Shown here in pieces: positions 1 to 8,716 of a DNA stretch of 46,258 nucleotides. The notes beneath the pieces were generated by a model. That model was not told the DNA's origin, searched no databases, and was given only the letters and a program-made list of their open reading frames with translations. Each line of letters opens with the position of its first letter. The first letter of the stretch is position 1. Origin of the DNA: a virus (Duplodnaviria > Caudoviricetes); IMG/VR virus record IMGVR_UViG_3300045996_000626, positions 1-46,258 of that record; one strand, given 5' to 3'. The translations under genes and the position numbers were made by a program.

Positions 1-374
1 ACTTCGTTCCGCATGACGCGCAGGCGAAAGAGTTGGGAACGGGCAAAACTCGCCTGGAAGTTCTGGAAACACTTGGACTTAGAAACGTCACCGTAGCCCC
101 GATGCACCGGGTGGAGGACGGGATTAACGCCGTCCGCGTGATGATTCCGAAATGCTGGTTTGACAAGACCAAATGCGAGCGCGGGATTGATGCGCTCAAG
201 CTGTACCGGGCTGAATACGACGACAAGCTACAGGCATTGAGGCCACGCCCGGTTCATGACTGGGCAAGCCATGCTGCGGATGCGTTTCGGTATCTGGCGC
301 TGACGCTGGACCGGGACGCGATCAATACCGGCTTTGGCCGCAAGCTCAACTATTCGGATGCGGGATTCGTTTGA
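1..374 (+). CDS. terL: Terminase large subunit, C-terminal fragment (duplicate of the end of 44808-46088)
   Basis: Translation matches the C-terminus of the full TerL ORF except one D/E; contains the nuclease-end motif HDWASHAADAFRY. Confidence 0.93.
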   Translation, partial: FVPHDAQAKELGTGKTRLEVLETLGLRNVTVAPMHRVEDGINAVRVMIPKCWFDKTKCERGIDALKLYRAEYDDKLQALRPRPVHDWASHAADAFRYLALTLDRDAINTGFGRKLNYSDAGFV

Positions 375-518
375 TGCTGGATTGGCTGGACTTTACCGGT
401 GATTGGGTAAGCAGCCTGGTTCTTTGGTTCTGCGGTCATCGCGGGCTTAATTTACGACGCAGCAACTGCCGAGACCTTCTCGCTTCGCAAGGACTCATGG
501 ACCTGTGAGCGCAGCCAC
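1..518. repeat. Left copy of terminal direct repeat (genome circularity overlap)
   Basis: 1-518 aligns to 45715-46258 with 14 substitutions and one 26-bp indel (compared by eye). Confidence 0.97.
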
Positions 519-614
519 CTAGAAACAACAACGACGATCATGGGGGGCGGCAAGGTGATGACACCGATGACGACCACGCGTGAAGTCTGCGACGTGTGGG
601 CGCGTAAGAAATGA
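374..614 (+). pseudogene. Small membrane protein (87 aa when joined to the right-hand allele), frameshifted in this copy
   Basis: ATG overlaps the terL stop. The copy at 46088 reads MLDWLDFTGDWVSSLVLWFCGILVAVALGLIAGLIY... in frame into ...CDVWARKK*; this copy lacks 26 bp near 435. Confidence 0.6.
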
Positions 615-627
615 AAAGGGCAGTTTA

Positions 628-1128
628 ATGAAGGGCTATTTCAGCAACAAGCCTGCGGGCTTTGGTGCACCGCAGCCGCAAGGTGGATGGCCCGGTGGGC
701 CTCCCCCTCCGATGTATACCCGCAACCTCGGTTTTCGCGTCGATGGTGGTGCCGATCCTTTTGCCCCGCGCGGCATGAAGCAGAACGACGCTTACAACAA
801 CTATTACCGGAATTACAACGCTTACAATCAGTTCGTGGGCCAGAACCCCGGCGCAGCGAACATGAACCTGTTCGGCAACCACGACCCAACGACAATGAAG
901 TGGTCACAGTTGCAGAACGTCATGAACCGCCGCTATGACCGCATGGGTCAACAGCCTCCCGGCCCGCTGCCCCACATTGATCCCCCGATGGGCGGGCGCG
1001 TTCCGGCCCCGGCTCCTGGTGGCATCGGCAACCCCAACGGCAGAATGATGGGCGGCATGGGGGCTCCCAGCCCGATGAACATGGCGGGCGGCATCGAGCC
1101 GTTCATTCGTCGCATCCTCGGGATGTAG
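628..1128 (+). CDS. Low-complexity Gly/Pro/Met/Asn-rich hypothetical protein
   Basis: ATG after AAGGG; composition resembles the putative ejection proteins at 19366 and the tail of 22982. Confidence 0.7.
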   Translation: MKGYFSNKPAGFGAPQPQGGWPGGPPPPMYTRNLGFRVDGGADPFAPRGMKQNDAYNNYYRNYNAYNQFVGQNPGAANMNLFGNHDPTTMKWSQLQNVMNRRYDRMGQQPPGPLPHIDPPMGGRVPAPAPGGIGNPNGRMMGGMGAPSPMNMAGGIEPFIRRILGM

Positions 1129-1131
1129 AGG

Positions 1132-2274
1132 GTGCCGAGCTTTTGGGACATCCTGCCGGCCAATTACTGGCGGGCCACGCAAGAGACGCTATTGCCCGCA
1201 TTCGCTCCCACGGCTCGGGAGGCTGCGGCGCAACTGAGTGCCCAGCGGCACAACAAACCCGACGCGATGAGCATGGCGTTTGAGTTGGCTGGCGGCCCTA
1301 TGCTGGCTCCCGCGCTCAAGGCCCCGCTGGCTCCGGTCAAGCAGGGCATCCGCGCCTATCACGGCAGCCCGCACGACTTTGACAAGTTCGACCTGTCGAA
1401 GATTGGCACGGGCGAAGGGGCACAGGCTTACGGGCACGGGCTGTATTTCGCGGAGAAGGAAGGTGTGGCGCGGCAGTATCGCGACCAACTGGCCGGCGCG
1501 CAGCGCGTCACGTTTGACGGCAAGCCGATATGGGAACAAGGGCAAACTACTTTAGGCATGGTGCATTTGCCGAAAGAGCAGCAACTAGCAATTGATGCGA
1601 TAACGCGCGTTCCAGATAAGGAATGGGCCGTCAACTTTCTCAAGACGCGCTCACCAGCGCATGAGCCGCAAGGTTATAACGAGGCAAGGCTGAAGGCGAT
1701 TGATTTGCTGGAGAGCGGGCGGGTTAAGCCTGACACCGCTGGCCGCATGTACGAGGTCAACATCAACGCCCATCCCGATCAGTTCCTCGATTGGGATAAG
1801 CCGCTCAGTGGGCAGGCTGAGGCAGTTAAGCAAGCCCTTGGCAGGGTGCCGTCCCTGGCCCCCGAATATCTTGTTAGTGAGCGCCTTACGGGCGGGCAAC
1901 TTGCGCCGCAGACAATGCAGGGCGTGCAGCAGATGAAGGACGCCGGTATTCCGGGCCTGAAGTACCTCGACCAAGGCTCGCGCCAAGTCTCAGGTGGCGA
2001 ACTGATTGACGTATTCAAGGGGCAAGGTGGCTGGCAAAGCAAGATCAGAATGAACCGCCCGAACGGCGAACAGTATTTTACGACTAGCGCGCCGCATCAA
2101 ACCGAAGACGCGGCGAAACAATGGGCGATGGGTAAAATTCAAACACCCGGGACTCGCAATTACGTTGTCTTTGACGACAAGCTAATCGACATCCTGAAGA
2201 AATACGGGATTGCCGGCATGGGCGTCATCGGCATGGGTGCGGGACAGCAATCGCCTGTCCTTGGTTGGGAATAG
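1132..2274 (+). CDS. ART-PolyVal-like (ADP-ribosyltransferase fold) protein
   Basis: Motifs AYHGSPHDFDKFDLSKIGTGEGAQAYGHGLYFAE, GRMYEV..FLDWD, GIPGLKYLD and NYVVFDD are typical of this domain in phage polyvalent proteins. Confidence 0.75.
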   Translation: MPSFWDILPANYWRATQETLLPAFAPTAREAAAQLSAQRHNKPDAMSMAFELAGGPMLAPALKAPLAPVKQGIRAYHGSPHDFDKFDLSKIGTGEGAQAYGHGLYFAEKEGVARQYRDQLAGAQRVTFDGKPIWEQGQTTLGMVHLPKEQQLAIDAITRVPDKEWAVNFLKTRSPAHEPQGYNEARLKAIDLLESGRVKPDTAGRMYEVNINAHPDQFLDWDKPLSGQAEAVKQALGRVPSLAPEYLVSERLTGGQLAPQTMQGVQQMKDAGIPGLKYLDQGSRQVSGGELIDVFKGQGGWQSKIRMNRPNGEQYFTTSAPHQTEDAAKQWAMGKIQTPGTRNYVVFDDKLIDILKKYGIAGMGVIGMGAGQQSPVLGWE

Positions 2275-2280
2275 AAGAAC

Positions 2281-2416
2281 TCTCGCGGGCCGGGCGCTAC
2301 TCCGGCTGCGGGCGGTTATCGTTGCGCTCCGCTGTCAGGGAATCGAACCCTGTTAGGTTGCCTAAGCACCGTTCTCATCCATACCCAACGTGTCTGCTTT
2401 CCACGCAGCCGCGAGA
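2281..2416 (-). ncRNA. tRNA-like structured RNA element 1
   Basis: Minus strand: 8-bp closing stem TCTCGCGG/CCGCGAGA with hairpin GCCGG-AGTAGCGC-CCGGC abutting the 3' strand. Also a D-arm-like GCGTGGAAAGCAGACACG and an internal T-loop hairpin CAGGG-TTCGATT-CCCTG. Fills the intergenic gap. Confidence 0.7.
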
Positions 2417-2422
2417 AGTCTT

Positions 2423-2456
2423 AATTTAGCATAGAACGGCAAAAAGAAAAACAATA
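2423..2456 (-). promoter_or_regulatory. Putative antisense promoter for ncRNA element 1
   Basis: AT-rich minus-strand TTGTTT...TATGCTAAATT (-10 or extended -10-like) just upstream of the element's 5' stem. Confidence 0.4.
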
Positions 2457-2457
2457 A

Positions 2458-4698
2458 ATGGCCGAACTCTCCCCGTCAGACCTCCGCGCTATCCTCGCGG
2501 CGGAAAAGGCAGACGCATTAGCTGCCGTCTCCGCATCCCGGCTCTCGAAAGAGCGTGGGGACGCGATGGATTACTACCTCGGCGATGTCAGCGCAGACAT
2601 CCCCGACGAACCCGGCAGGTCCAGGGCCGTCTCCTCGGATGTGGCCGACACCATTGAAGGGCTGATGCCCTCGTTGATGGAGATATTCTGCTCCGGTGAC
2701 GAGGTGGTGAAGTTCTCCCCGGTTGGACCGGAGGACGTGCCCGCCGCAGAGCAGGAAACCGACTACGTTAATCACGTCTTTTACCAGCAGAACCCCGGCT
2801 TTCTGGTTCTCTATTCATTCATCAAAGATGCGCTTTTGCAAAAGGTCGGCATCGTCAAGGTGTGGACCGAGGAAGAAAGCGACTCAGGCCGGGAGACTTA
2901 TTACAACCAGCAGCCCGACGCGCTGGCGATGATCCTGCAGCAGCCGAATATCGAGGTTGTCGAGCACTCGGAGAACGAGGACGGCACTCACGACATCACG
3001 GTTGAAAGCAGCAAGCCCTACAAGTGCCACAAGGTCGAGCCGGTTCCCCCAGAGGAGTTCGGGATTAGCCGCCGCGCCAAGTCCATCAAGGACGCGACCT
3101 ATTGCTTTCATGAAACCACGCGCACCGTTGGCGATCTGATTGACCAGGGCTATGACGAGGATCAGGTCAAGGCGCTGCCCTCAAGCGCGGGCGATGACTC
3201 CACGGAAGCCCAGACCCGCGACACGGTAGACGAAAGCACGGGCTCGGGCGACGAGGGGCTGAACGATGCGGCCCGCGCGGTCAAAGTCACCGAGCATTAC
3301 ATCCGGATGGATTACCGCCGCGACGGCAAGACGGCGCTATATCGCGTCGTGACAGGCGGTGAACAAAGCGAGGTATTGCGTCGCGACGGCAAGCCTGAGG
3401 TAGACCAGGTTGACATGGCCCCATTTGCAGCCATGACCCCGGTAATCGTAACGCACAGATTCTTCGGACGTTCCATTGCTGACCTCGTGATGGACATCCA
3501 GCGCATCAAGACGGCGCTGATGCGGGGAATGCTCAACAACCTCTATCTCCACAACAACCCCCGCGTGGAGGTGGCCCAGGCCCACGTTACCGATCAGACG
3601 CTTGATGACCTGCTTGTGTCGCGTCCGGGCGGCGTGGTTCGCACCAAAACACCGGGCGGCCTCAACTGGCAGGTTGTCCCAGACATTACCGGCTCGATCT
3701 ACCCGGCCCTTGAGTACATGGACACCACGCGCGAACTCCGCACGGGTGTCACCCGCTCAGGGCAGGGCATCGACGCCTCGGCCTTACAGAACCAGAGCGC
3801 AACGGCGGTCAATCAGCAGTTCACGGCGGCCCAAGCCCGCATGAAGCTGATCGCCCGCATCTTTGCCGAGACTGGCATTAAAGACCTGTTTCTCCTGCTG
3901 CACGCGGAAATCCGCAAGCATGGCGATCAGGTGGAGACTGTGCGCCTGCGCAATCAGTGGGTGCAGGTTGACCCGAGGCATTGGAAAACCCGCTCGGACC
4001 TCACGATTGACGTGGGCCTCGGCGCGGGTGGCAAGCAACAGGAACTCGCCAACCTGATGCAAGTCGCCACCATGCAGAAGGAATTGCTCATGGGCGGCAT
4101 GAGCAATTTGGTCACGCCCGAGAACATCTACGCCACGGCGAAAGAGTTAACGCGCCTGATTGGCAAGAAAGACCCGGACACGTTCTTCTCGAACCCTGAA
4201 GGCCAACCCCCGCCCGAGCCGCCGCCCGATCCCAAGATGCTGGAAGTCCAGCTTAAGGAGAAGGAACTGGAACTCAAGGGCCAAGAAGTCCAGATGAAGG
4301 CCCAGCTTGATGCGCAAGCCGACGAGCGCAAGGCGCAAATCGAGCAGGTGCAGGCACAAGCGGACATCGCCACGCAGGACCGCAAGACGCAGGCCGATTT
4401 GTTGCTGGCCCAGCAGAAGTTCGAGCTAGAAAAAGAACTGAAGCTGATGGATCACCAACTCAAGCGCGAGCAGCACGCCGCCGATATTGAGATGAAGCGC
4501 GAATTGCACGGGCAAACCCTGCAACGCGAGCACTTCAGCATGGAAGCGAACGCGGAAGCGCATGCCCACAAGATGGAACAGGCCGGGGGCAAGGCGAAGC
4601 CCAGGGCCAAGGCACCGTTGCCCGGCACGCCTGAGAAAAAGACCCGCAAGCGGATCAAGACCCCGAGCGGCAAATACTACGAGATCGAGGAAGATTAA
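2458..4698 (+). CDS. Portal protein (P22/SU10-like, with C-terminal coiled-coil barrel)
   Basis: 746 aa after the terminase; motifs VSSDVADTIEGLMPSLMEIF, DALLQKVGIVKV, HRFFGRSIADLVMDIQRIKT, IARIFAETG. Confidence 0.93.
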   Translation: MAELSPSDLRAILAAEKADALAAVSASRLSKERGDAMDYYLGDVSADIPDEPGRSRAVSSDVADTIEGLMPSLMEIFCSGDEVVKFSPVGPEDVPAAEQETDYVNHVFYQQNPGFLVLYSFIKDALLQKVGIVKVWTEEESDSGRETYYNQQPDALAMILQQPNIEVVEHSENEDGTHDITVESSKPYKCHKVEPVPPEEFGISRRAKSIKDATYCFHETTRTVGDLIDQGYDEDQVKALPSSAGDDSTEAQTRDTVDESTGSGDEGLNDAARAVKVTEHYIRMDYRRDGKTALYRVVTGGEQSEVLRRDGKPEVDQVDMAPFAAMTPVIVTHRFFGRSIADLVMDIQRIKTALMRGMLNNLYLHNNPRVEVAQAHVTDQTLDDLLVSRPGGVVRTKTPGGLNWQVVPDITGSIYPALEYMDTTRELRTGVTRSGQGIDASALQNQSATAVNQQFTAAQARMKLIARIFAETGIKDLFLLLHAEIRKHGDQVETVRLRNQWVQVDPRHWKTRSDLTIDVGLGAGGKQQELANLMQVATMQKELLMGGMSNLVTPENIYATAKELTRLIGKKDPDTFFSNPEGQPPPEPPPDPKMLEVQLKEKELELKGQEVQMKAQLDAQADERKAQIEQVQAQADIATQDRKTQADLLLAQQKFELEKELKLMDHQLKREQHAADIEMKRELHGQTLQREHFSMEANAEAHAHKMEQAGGKAKPRAKAPLPGTPEKKTRKRIKTPSGKYYEIEED

Positions 4699-5126
4699 TG
4701 GCCACATATACCAAATATGAGACGGCGATTGAGAAGCTTTGCAACAAGCTGATCGACGCCTTCGGCACGACTGACACATGGAAGGCCGTTATTCACACCG
4801 ACGCTCCGGTTGTGGCGACCGATTCCACCCTGACCGACCTGACGCAGATTTCAGGTGTTAATGGTTATACCACGGACGGCGATAACGCCACGTTCAACAG
4901 CACCCGCTCAGGCGGCACGGTAACGGCCACCGGGACGGATATCGTCTGGACCGCCTCGGGCGGCAACCTCGGCAACAGCACGACCGGGCGCTATGTGACG
5001 CTGTATGACGATACGTCTACGGCGAACGACCTGTGGTGTTCGTGGGATTACGGCGCGACCTTCACGGTGGCGACGGGCGAGACATTCACCCTCGACTTCG
5101 GCGCATCCATCTTCACGATTGCCTAA
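4698..5126 (+). CDS. Virion structural protein, Thr/Gly-rich beta protein
   Basis: Coupled to the portal stop; ends WDYGATFTVATGETFTLDF, a pattern common in phage structural proteins. Confidence 0.7.
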   Translation: MATYTKYETAIEKLCNKLIDAFGTTDTWKAVIHTDAPVVATDSTLTDLTQISGVNGYTTDGDNATFNSTRSGGTVTATGTDIVWTASGGNLGNSTTGRYVTLYDDTSTANDLWCSWDYGATFTVATGETFTLDFGASIFTIA

Positions 5127-5245
5127 TGCTAGAAATCTTAGTCGCGGCATACATCTGGGCCTGTATTGGCATCTTGGCGCTGATGCCGTTATTTGGCATG
5201 GCCCTCCTTGTGGCGATGATAGTTGAAGAAATACGCGGGGCCTAA
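5126..5245 (+). CDS. Small hydrophobic peptide (39 aa)
   Basis: TAATG coupling at both ends; MLEILVAAYIWACIGILALMPLFGMALLVAMIVEEIRGA. Confidence 0.55.
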   Translation: MLEILVAAYIWACIGILALMPLFGMALLVAMIVEEIRGA

Positions 5246-5505
5246 TGCAAGAACTGGCCTGCAAGCGCTATCCGGTCAAGAAGCTAATGGGGCTGCTGCC
5301 GGTCAAATACCTTGAGGCGTTGGAGCAGAACCAGAAGATTGCGTCCTGCTGCCGGCATCCCGAGAACCACGAGATCGAGGCGTTCAAGTCGAAGCCCGAC
5401 GAGAAAGCCCCCGACATCTATATCTTTCACTGTAGCTGTGGCCGCCAGCATCGACGCTTTTGCATTGGCGGCGGAGATGTGAGGCCGGTCTGGGAAGTGG
5501 CCTAG
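5245..5505 (+). CDS. Cys/His-rich hypothetical protein
   Basis: Coupled start; CCRH...HCSCGRQH...FC may bind metal. Confidence 0.7.
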   Translation: MQELACKRYPVKKLMGLLPVKYLEALEQNQKIASCCRHPENHEIEAFKSKPDEKAPDIYIFHCSCGRQHRRFCIGGGDVRPVWEVA

Positions 5506-5508
5506 ACT

Positions 5509-7077
5509 ATGGCATTTGGAGCACTGAAAGGAGTTTGCGCTGGCTCGGTTGCCAGCATCGTCAACCCGTTCCCGACAACGGTATTTCAGACCGGCTCCGG
5601 CGCGGTTGTCGTTGGCGATCTGGTGTTCTGCGTTGTCGGTCAGCAAACCAACCTTACAGCGACAGCTTGCGCCGATAACCTCGGCAACACCTACACCGCA
5701 ACCAACGCCGGGACCGACGCGGGCACCGTATCAGGCCGGGCCTTTTACAGCCGCGTCACCGTTGCCGGGACGATTACCGCCGTCCAGGCGACGACCACGG
5801 CAAGCACCAACGATGCGGTGATTATCGCGGCGATCTTCGAGGGGCCGTTCGTTCCCTCTCCGGTCGATGCGAACATTGCGAATGCCACGGGCGACCTGAC
5901 CTCGCCCTTCACCTGTCCCAATACCGGCGTGCTGGCGCAGGCCAGTGAGCTTGTTCTGTGCTGGGGTGTGTCGAACGGTCCCGATAGCTGGCTGGCGACT
6001 TCGCCCAACCTGCTCGCCGGGGAGCAAATCAGGTCAGCCGTCGCGGCCAAGATCGGTTATCAGGTTGTCTCGGCCACCACGGCTATCGCTCCTGAGTTTA
6101 CTAGCGGCGTCAATCCAAGTGTTTGCCTACTGGGCACCACGACATTCAAGGCGGCGAAAAGCCTTGCTGCTGATGCTGGCTCCTATGCCTTAACCGGCAC
6201 GGCGGCGACCACCAAGGTCGGATTCAAGGTCGCTGGCGCGGGAGGCTCCTACGCCCTAAGCGGTACGGATGCCACGCTGACGATAGCGTCAGCCGCCAAG
6301 ATACTGACGGCAGACGGCGGAACCTACGCCCTTAGTGGTACGGCTGCCTCGCTAGAGCATGGCTGGGTGGTGGGGGCCAATGCTGGCTCTTACGCCCTGA
6401 CCGGCACCGCTGCTTCGACCCTGCACGCATGGCGCGTTTCTGCGGCGGGCGGCAGTTACGCCCTCACCGGCACCGACGCCACGATGGCGATTGCCAGTGA
6501 CAAGCTGCTGGCTGCCGATGGCGGCAGTTACAGCCTGACCGGCACGGCGGCTTCGCTCCTGCATACCTGGGAAGTCGCAGCCGAAGCGGGCAGCTACGCA
6601 TTAACCGGCACCGCTGCCACGCTGACGGCAACGTCATCCGAGCCCGAGGCCCCCCCGGAAGTGGGCGGCGGCGGGATTTCAGGCGGCTCGTTCTCCCGCA
6701 GGCAATGGGAGGCGATCCGCAAGGCCCGCAAGGCGCAAGAGCGGGCAGAAGAAAAGGCCAAGGAACTGCCGACCCGCACGCAGCGGGAACGGGTGGAACT
6801 GGCGGCTGAGATTTCGGCCAAGGCTATCGAGCTAGTCCAGGCCGCCGAGGAAAAGACCTCGCTGGTCAAGCTGACGCTGGCGCTTGATGCTGCTGCCTCC
6901 GCGCAAACCGCACGGGTGAGGCTGGCTGCGGCAAGCAAGGCCATCGCAGAGGCCAAGGCGCTGATTGCGCGTGTGGCCAAAGAGAAAGCTGACGCTGAGA
7001 TTGCACGCGTGGCCAAAGAGAAGGCTGACGCCGACGAGGAGGAGGAAGCCATCGCGCTCCTGTTGTTGCTGACATGA
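5509..7077 (+). CDS. Repeat-containing virion (head fibre/decoration-like) protein
   Basis: Seven A.GGSYALTGT.A repeats spaced about 23-25 aa apart; charged helical C-terminus ending EEEEAIALLLLLT. Confidence 0.75.
   Translation: MAFGALKGVCAGSVASIVNPFPTTVFQTGSGAVVVGDLVFCVVGQQTNLTATACADNLGNTYTATNAGTDAGTVSGRAFYSRVTVAGTITAVQATTTASTNDAVIIAAIFEGPFVPSPVDANIANATGDLTSPFTCPNTGVLAQASELVLCWGVSNGPDSWLATSPNLLAGEQIRSAVAAKIGYQVVSATTAIAPEFTSGVNPSVCLLGTTTFKAAKSLAADAGSYALTGTAATTKVGFKVAGAGGSYALSGTDATLTIASAAKILTADGGTYALSGTAASLEHGWVVGANAGSYALTGTAASTLHAWRVSAAGGSYALTGTDATMAIASDKLLAADGGSYSLTGTAASLLHTWEVAAEAGSYALTGTAATLTATSSEPEAPPEVGGGGISGGSFSRRQWEAIRKARKAQERAEEKAKELPTRTQRERVELAAEISAKAIELVQAAEEKTSLVKLTLALDAAASAQTARVRLAAASKAIAEAKALIARVAKEKADAEIARVAKEKADADEEEEAIALLLLLT
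6964..7035 (+). repeat. Imperfect 36-bp in-frame tandem duplication (IARVAKEKADA x2)
   Basis: Seen directly; copies differ at synonymous positions. Confidence 0.85.
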
Positions 7078-7346
7078 CAGACGAGGACAAAACCCAGTTA
7101 GCCATCTCTCGCGGTGCCCGCGCCAAGGCGCTGCTCGGGGATGACCTTTTGACCGAGGCGTTCACAACGCTTGAGGCGGAATATCTCAAGGCGTGGCGAG
7201 CAACCGGCGTCAAGCAGATGGAGGAGCGGGAACGCTTCTGGCAAGCCATTCAGCTTCTTGGGTTGGTGCGCGACCATCTCGGGTTTGTTGTAGGAGACGG
7301 CAAGATCGCGCAAGCAGAACTCGACAGGCTCAAGGGGATGAAATGA
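7074..7346 (+). CDS. Conserved small head-module protein upstream of the scaffold
   Basis: RG.RAKALL.DDLL.EAF...W......EERER pattern and position. Confidence 0.8.
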   Translation: MTDEDKTQLAISRGARAKALLGDDLLTEAFTTLEAEYLKAWRATGVKQMEERERFWQAIQLLGLVRDHLGFVVGDGKIAQAELDRLKGMK

Positions 7347-7531
7347 GGGCTGAACCAATCCGCTATTCGATTGAGGAGGGCGGAGAATGGCACGAATGGA
7401 AGAAGTGGCCAGAAAGCCCCAAGCCGCACATTCACGCCGTTCAGTTTAGCGACTACTCCATTTTCGACACAGTTAACGGCTGGCGGAAAAAGCCAGTTGT
7501 GCGCGTGAAGGCAGTAACCAAACGGGCATAA
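7343..7531 (+). CDS. Hypothetical protein (62 aa)
   Basis: ATGA overlap with the upstream stop; AGGGG RBS. Confidence 0.55.
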   Translation: MRAEPIRYSIEEGGEWHEWKKWPESPKPHIHAVQFSDYSIFDTVNGWRKKPVVRVKAVTKRA

Positions 7532-7555
7532 GCCCCAACAACAAGAAGGACAACA

Positions 7556-8668
7556 ATGTCACTCGATAACGTCGCCCCCAGCGACGTGAGCGCCCCCGCA
7601 TCCGCGCCCGCTCCCGTCTCTGCCCCGGCTGATACCTCACCGATCTCCGCCCGCGATGCAGCAGCAGCCCTCTCAAATGCACGCTGGGAAAAGGCAAGAA
7701 AAGCCCAACAGGATGCTCCGCCTGCCGCTCCCGTAGAGCAGCCAGCCGAGCAACCGCTCGAAGAATTAGCCCAAGAGGCTGACGCCGCCCCTCCAGAAGA
7801 GGCTACCGGCGAGACGCAAGAGGCCGAACCGGCAGATACGCTGCCGCCCATCGAGCCTCCCAGGTCATGGACGACTGAGGAAAAGGACCGATTTCGGAGC
7901 CTCCCACGCGAAACGCAGGAATACCTAGCGCAACGCGAGCAGGACCGTGACCGATCCGTTCGTCAGTCCCAAAACGAGGCCGCTGAACTTAAAAAGGCTA
8001 TTGCAGCCGAAAAGCAAGCGGTGGAACAGGCAAGGCAACAGTACGAGCAAGCGTTACCCGCCCTTCTGCAAAGCGTGCAGGAGGCAATGGCGGGTGAGTT
8101 CGCAGACATCATAACAACTGCGGACGTTATAAATCTCTCAAAAGAGGATCCATTCCGTTTCAACCAGTGGCAGGCACACCAGATGAAGGTCGCCGCCGTA
8201 GCCCAGGAAGTCGAGGCCGCAAAGCACCGACAGGTAACGGAGTTTCAGTCCAAGTGGGCCGAGTTTGCCCAGCGTGAGGACAGCAAGGTGATGGAAGCAA
8301 TTCCAGAGCTTGCCGACCCCACACAGCGAGAGACGATCCAAAAAAGCGCAGTCAATTACCTTCGGGAACTTGGCTTCACTGACCAAGAGTTGGGGCAGGC
8401 GTGGAACGGGCAGGCTTCGATCAGCCCGCGCGATCACCGCTTCCAGATTCTTGTCCGTGACGCCGCCAAGTACCGCGAGGCACAGGCGACAGCAAAGAAG
8501 ACGTTGACAACTGCCAAGCCGCTTCCGCCCGTTCAGAAGCCCGGTGTTGCTCCGCCGAAGGGCGCGAGTAACGCAGCACTCATTGATAGCCTGAGCAAGA
8601 AGCTCTCACAAACAGGAGACTGGAAGGTAGCCGCGCAACTGCGGATCGCCAAACGCGCCTCCAAATAA
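7556..8668 (+). CDS. Capsid scaffolding protein
   Basis: Acidic Pro/Ala-rich N-terminus, IEPPRSW motif and coiled coil; directly before the capsid gene. Confidence 0.88.
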   Translation: MSLDNVAPSDVSAPASAPAPVSAPADTSPISARDAAAALSNARWEKARKAQQDAPPAAPVEQPAEQPLEELAQEADAAPPEEATGETQEAEPADTLPPIEPPRSWTTEEKDRFRSLPRETQEYLAQREQDRDRSVRQSQNEAAELKKAIAAEKQAVEQARQQYEQALPALLQSVQEAMAGEFADIITTADVINLSKEDPFRFNQWQAHQMKVAAVAQEVEAAKHRQVTEFQSKWAEFAQREDSKVMEAIPELADPTQRETIQKSAVNYLRELGFTDQELGQAWNGQASISPRDHRFQILVRDAAKYREAQATAKKTLTTAKPLPPVQKPGVAPPKGASNAALIDSLSKKLSQTGDWKVAAQLRIAKRASK

Positions 8669-8716
8669 CAACGGGGCCAAAGAGCCCCCAATAACAATAA
8701 GAAACGAGAAACGACA

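Noticed and set aside
1-518. Diversity-generating retroelement TR/VR pair
   Set aside because: Differences are third-position and not adenine-specific, and no reverse transcriptase was recognised.
2336-2352. Canonical tRNA gene suggested by GGTTCGATTCC on the minus strand
   Set aside because: No matching 7-bp acceptor stem, D arm or anticodon arm around it; treated as part of the larger structured element.
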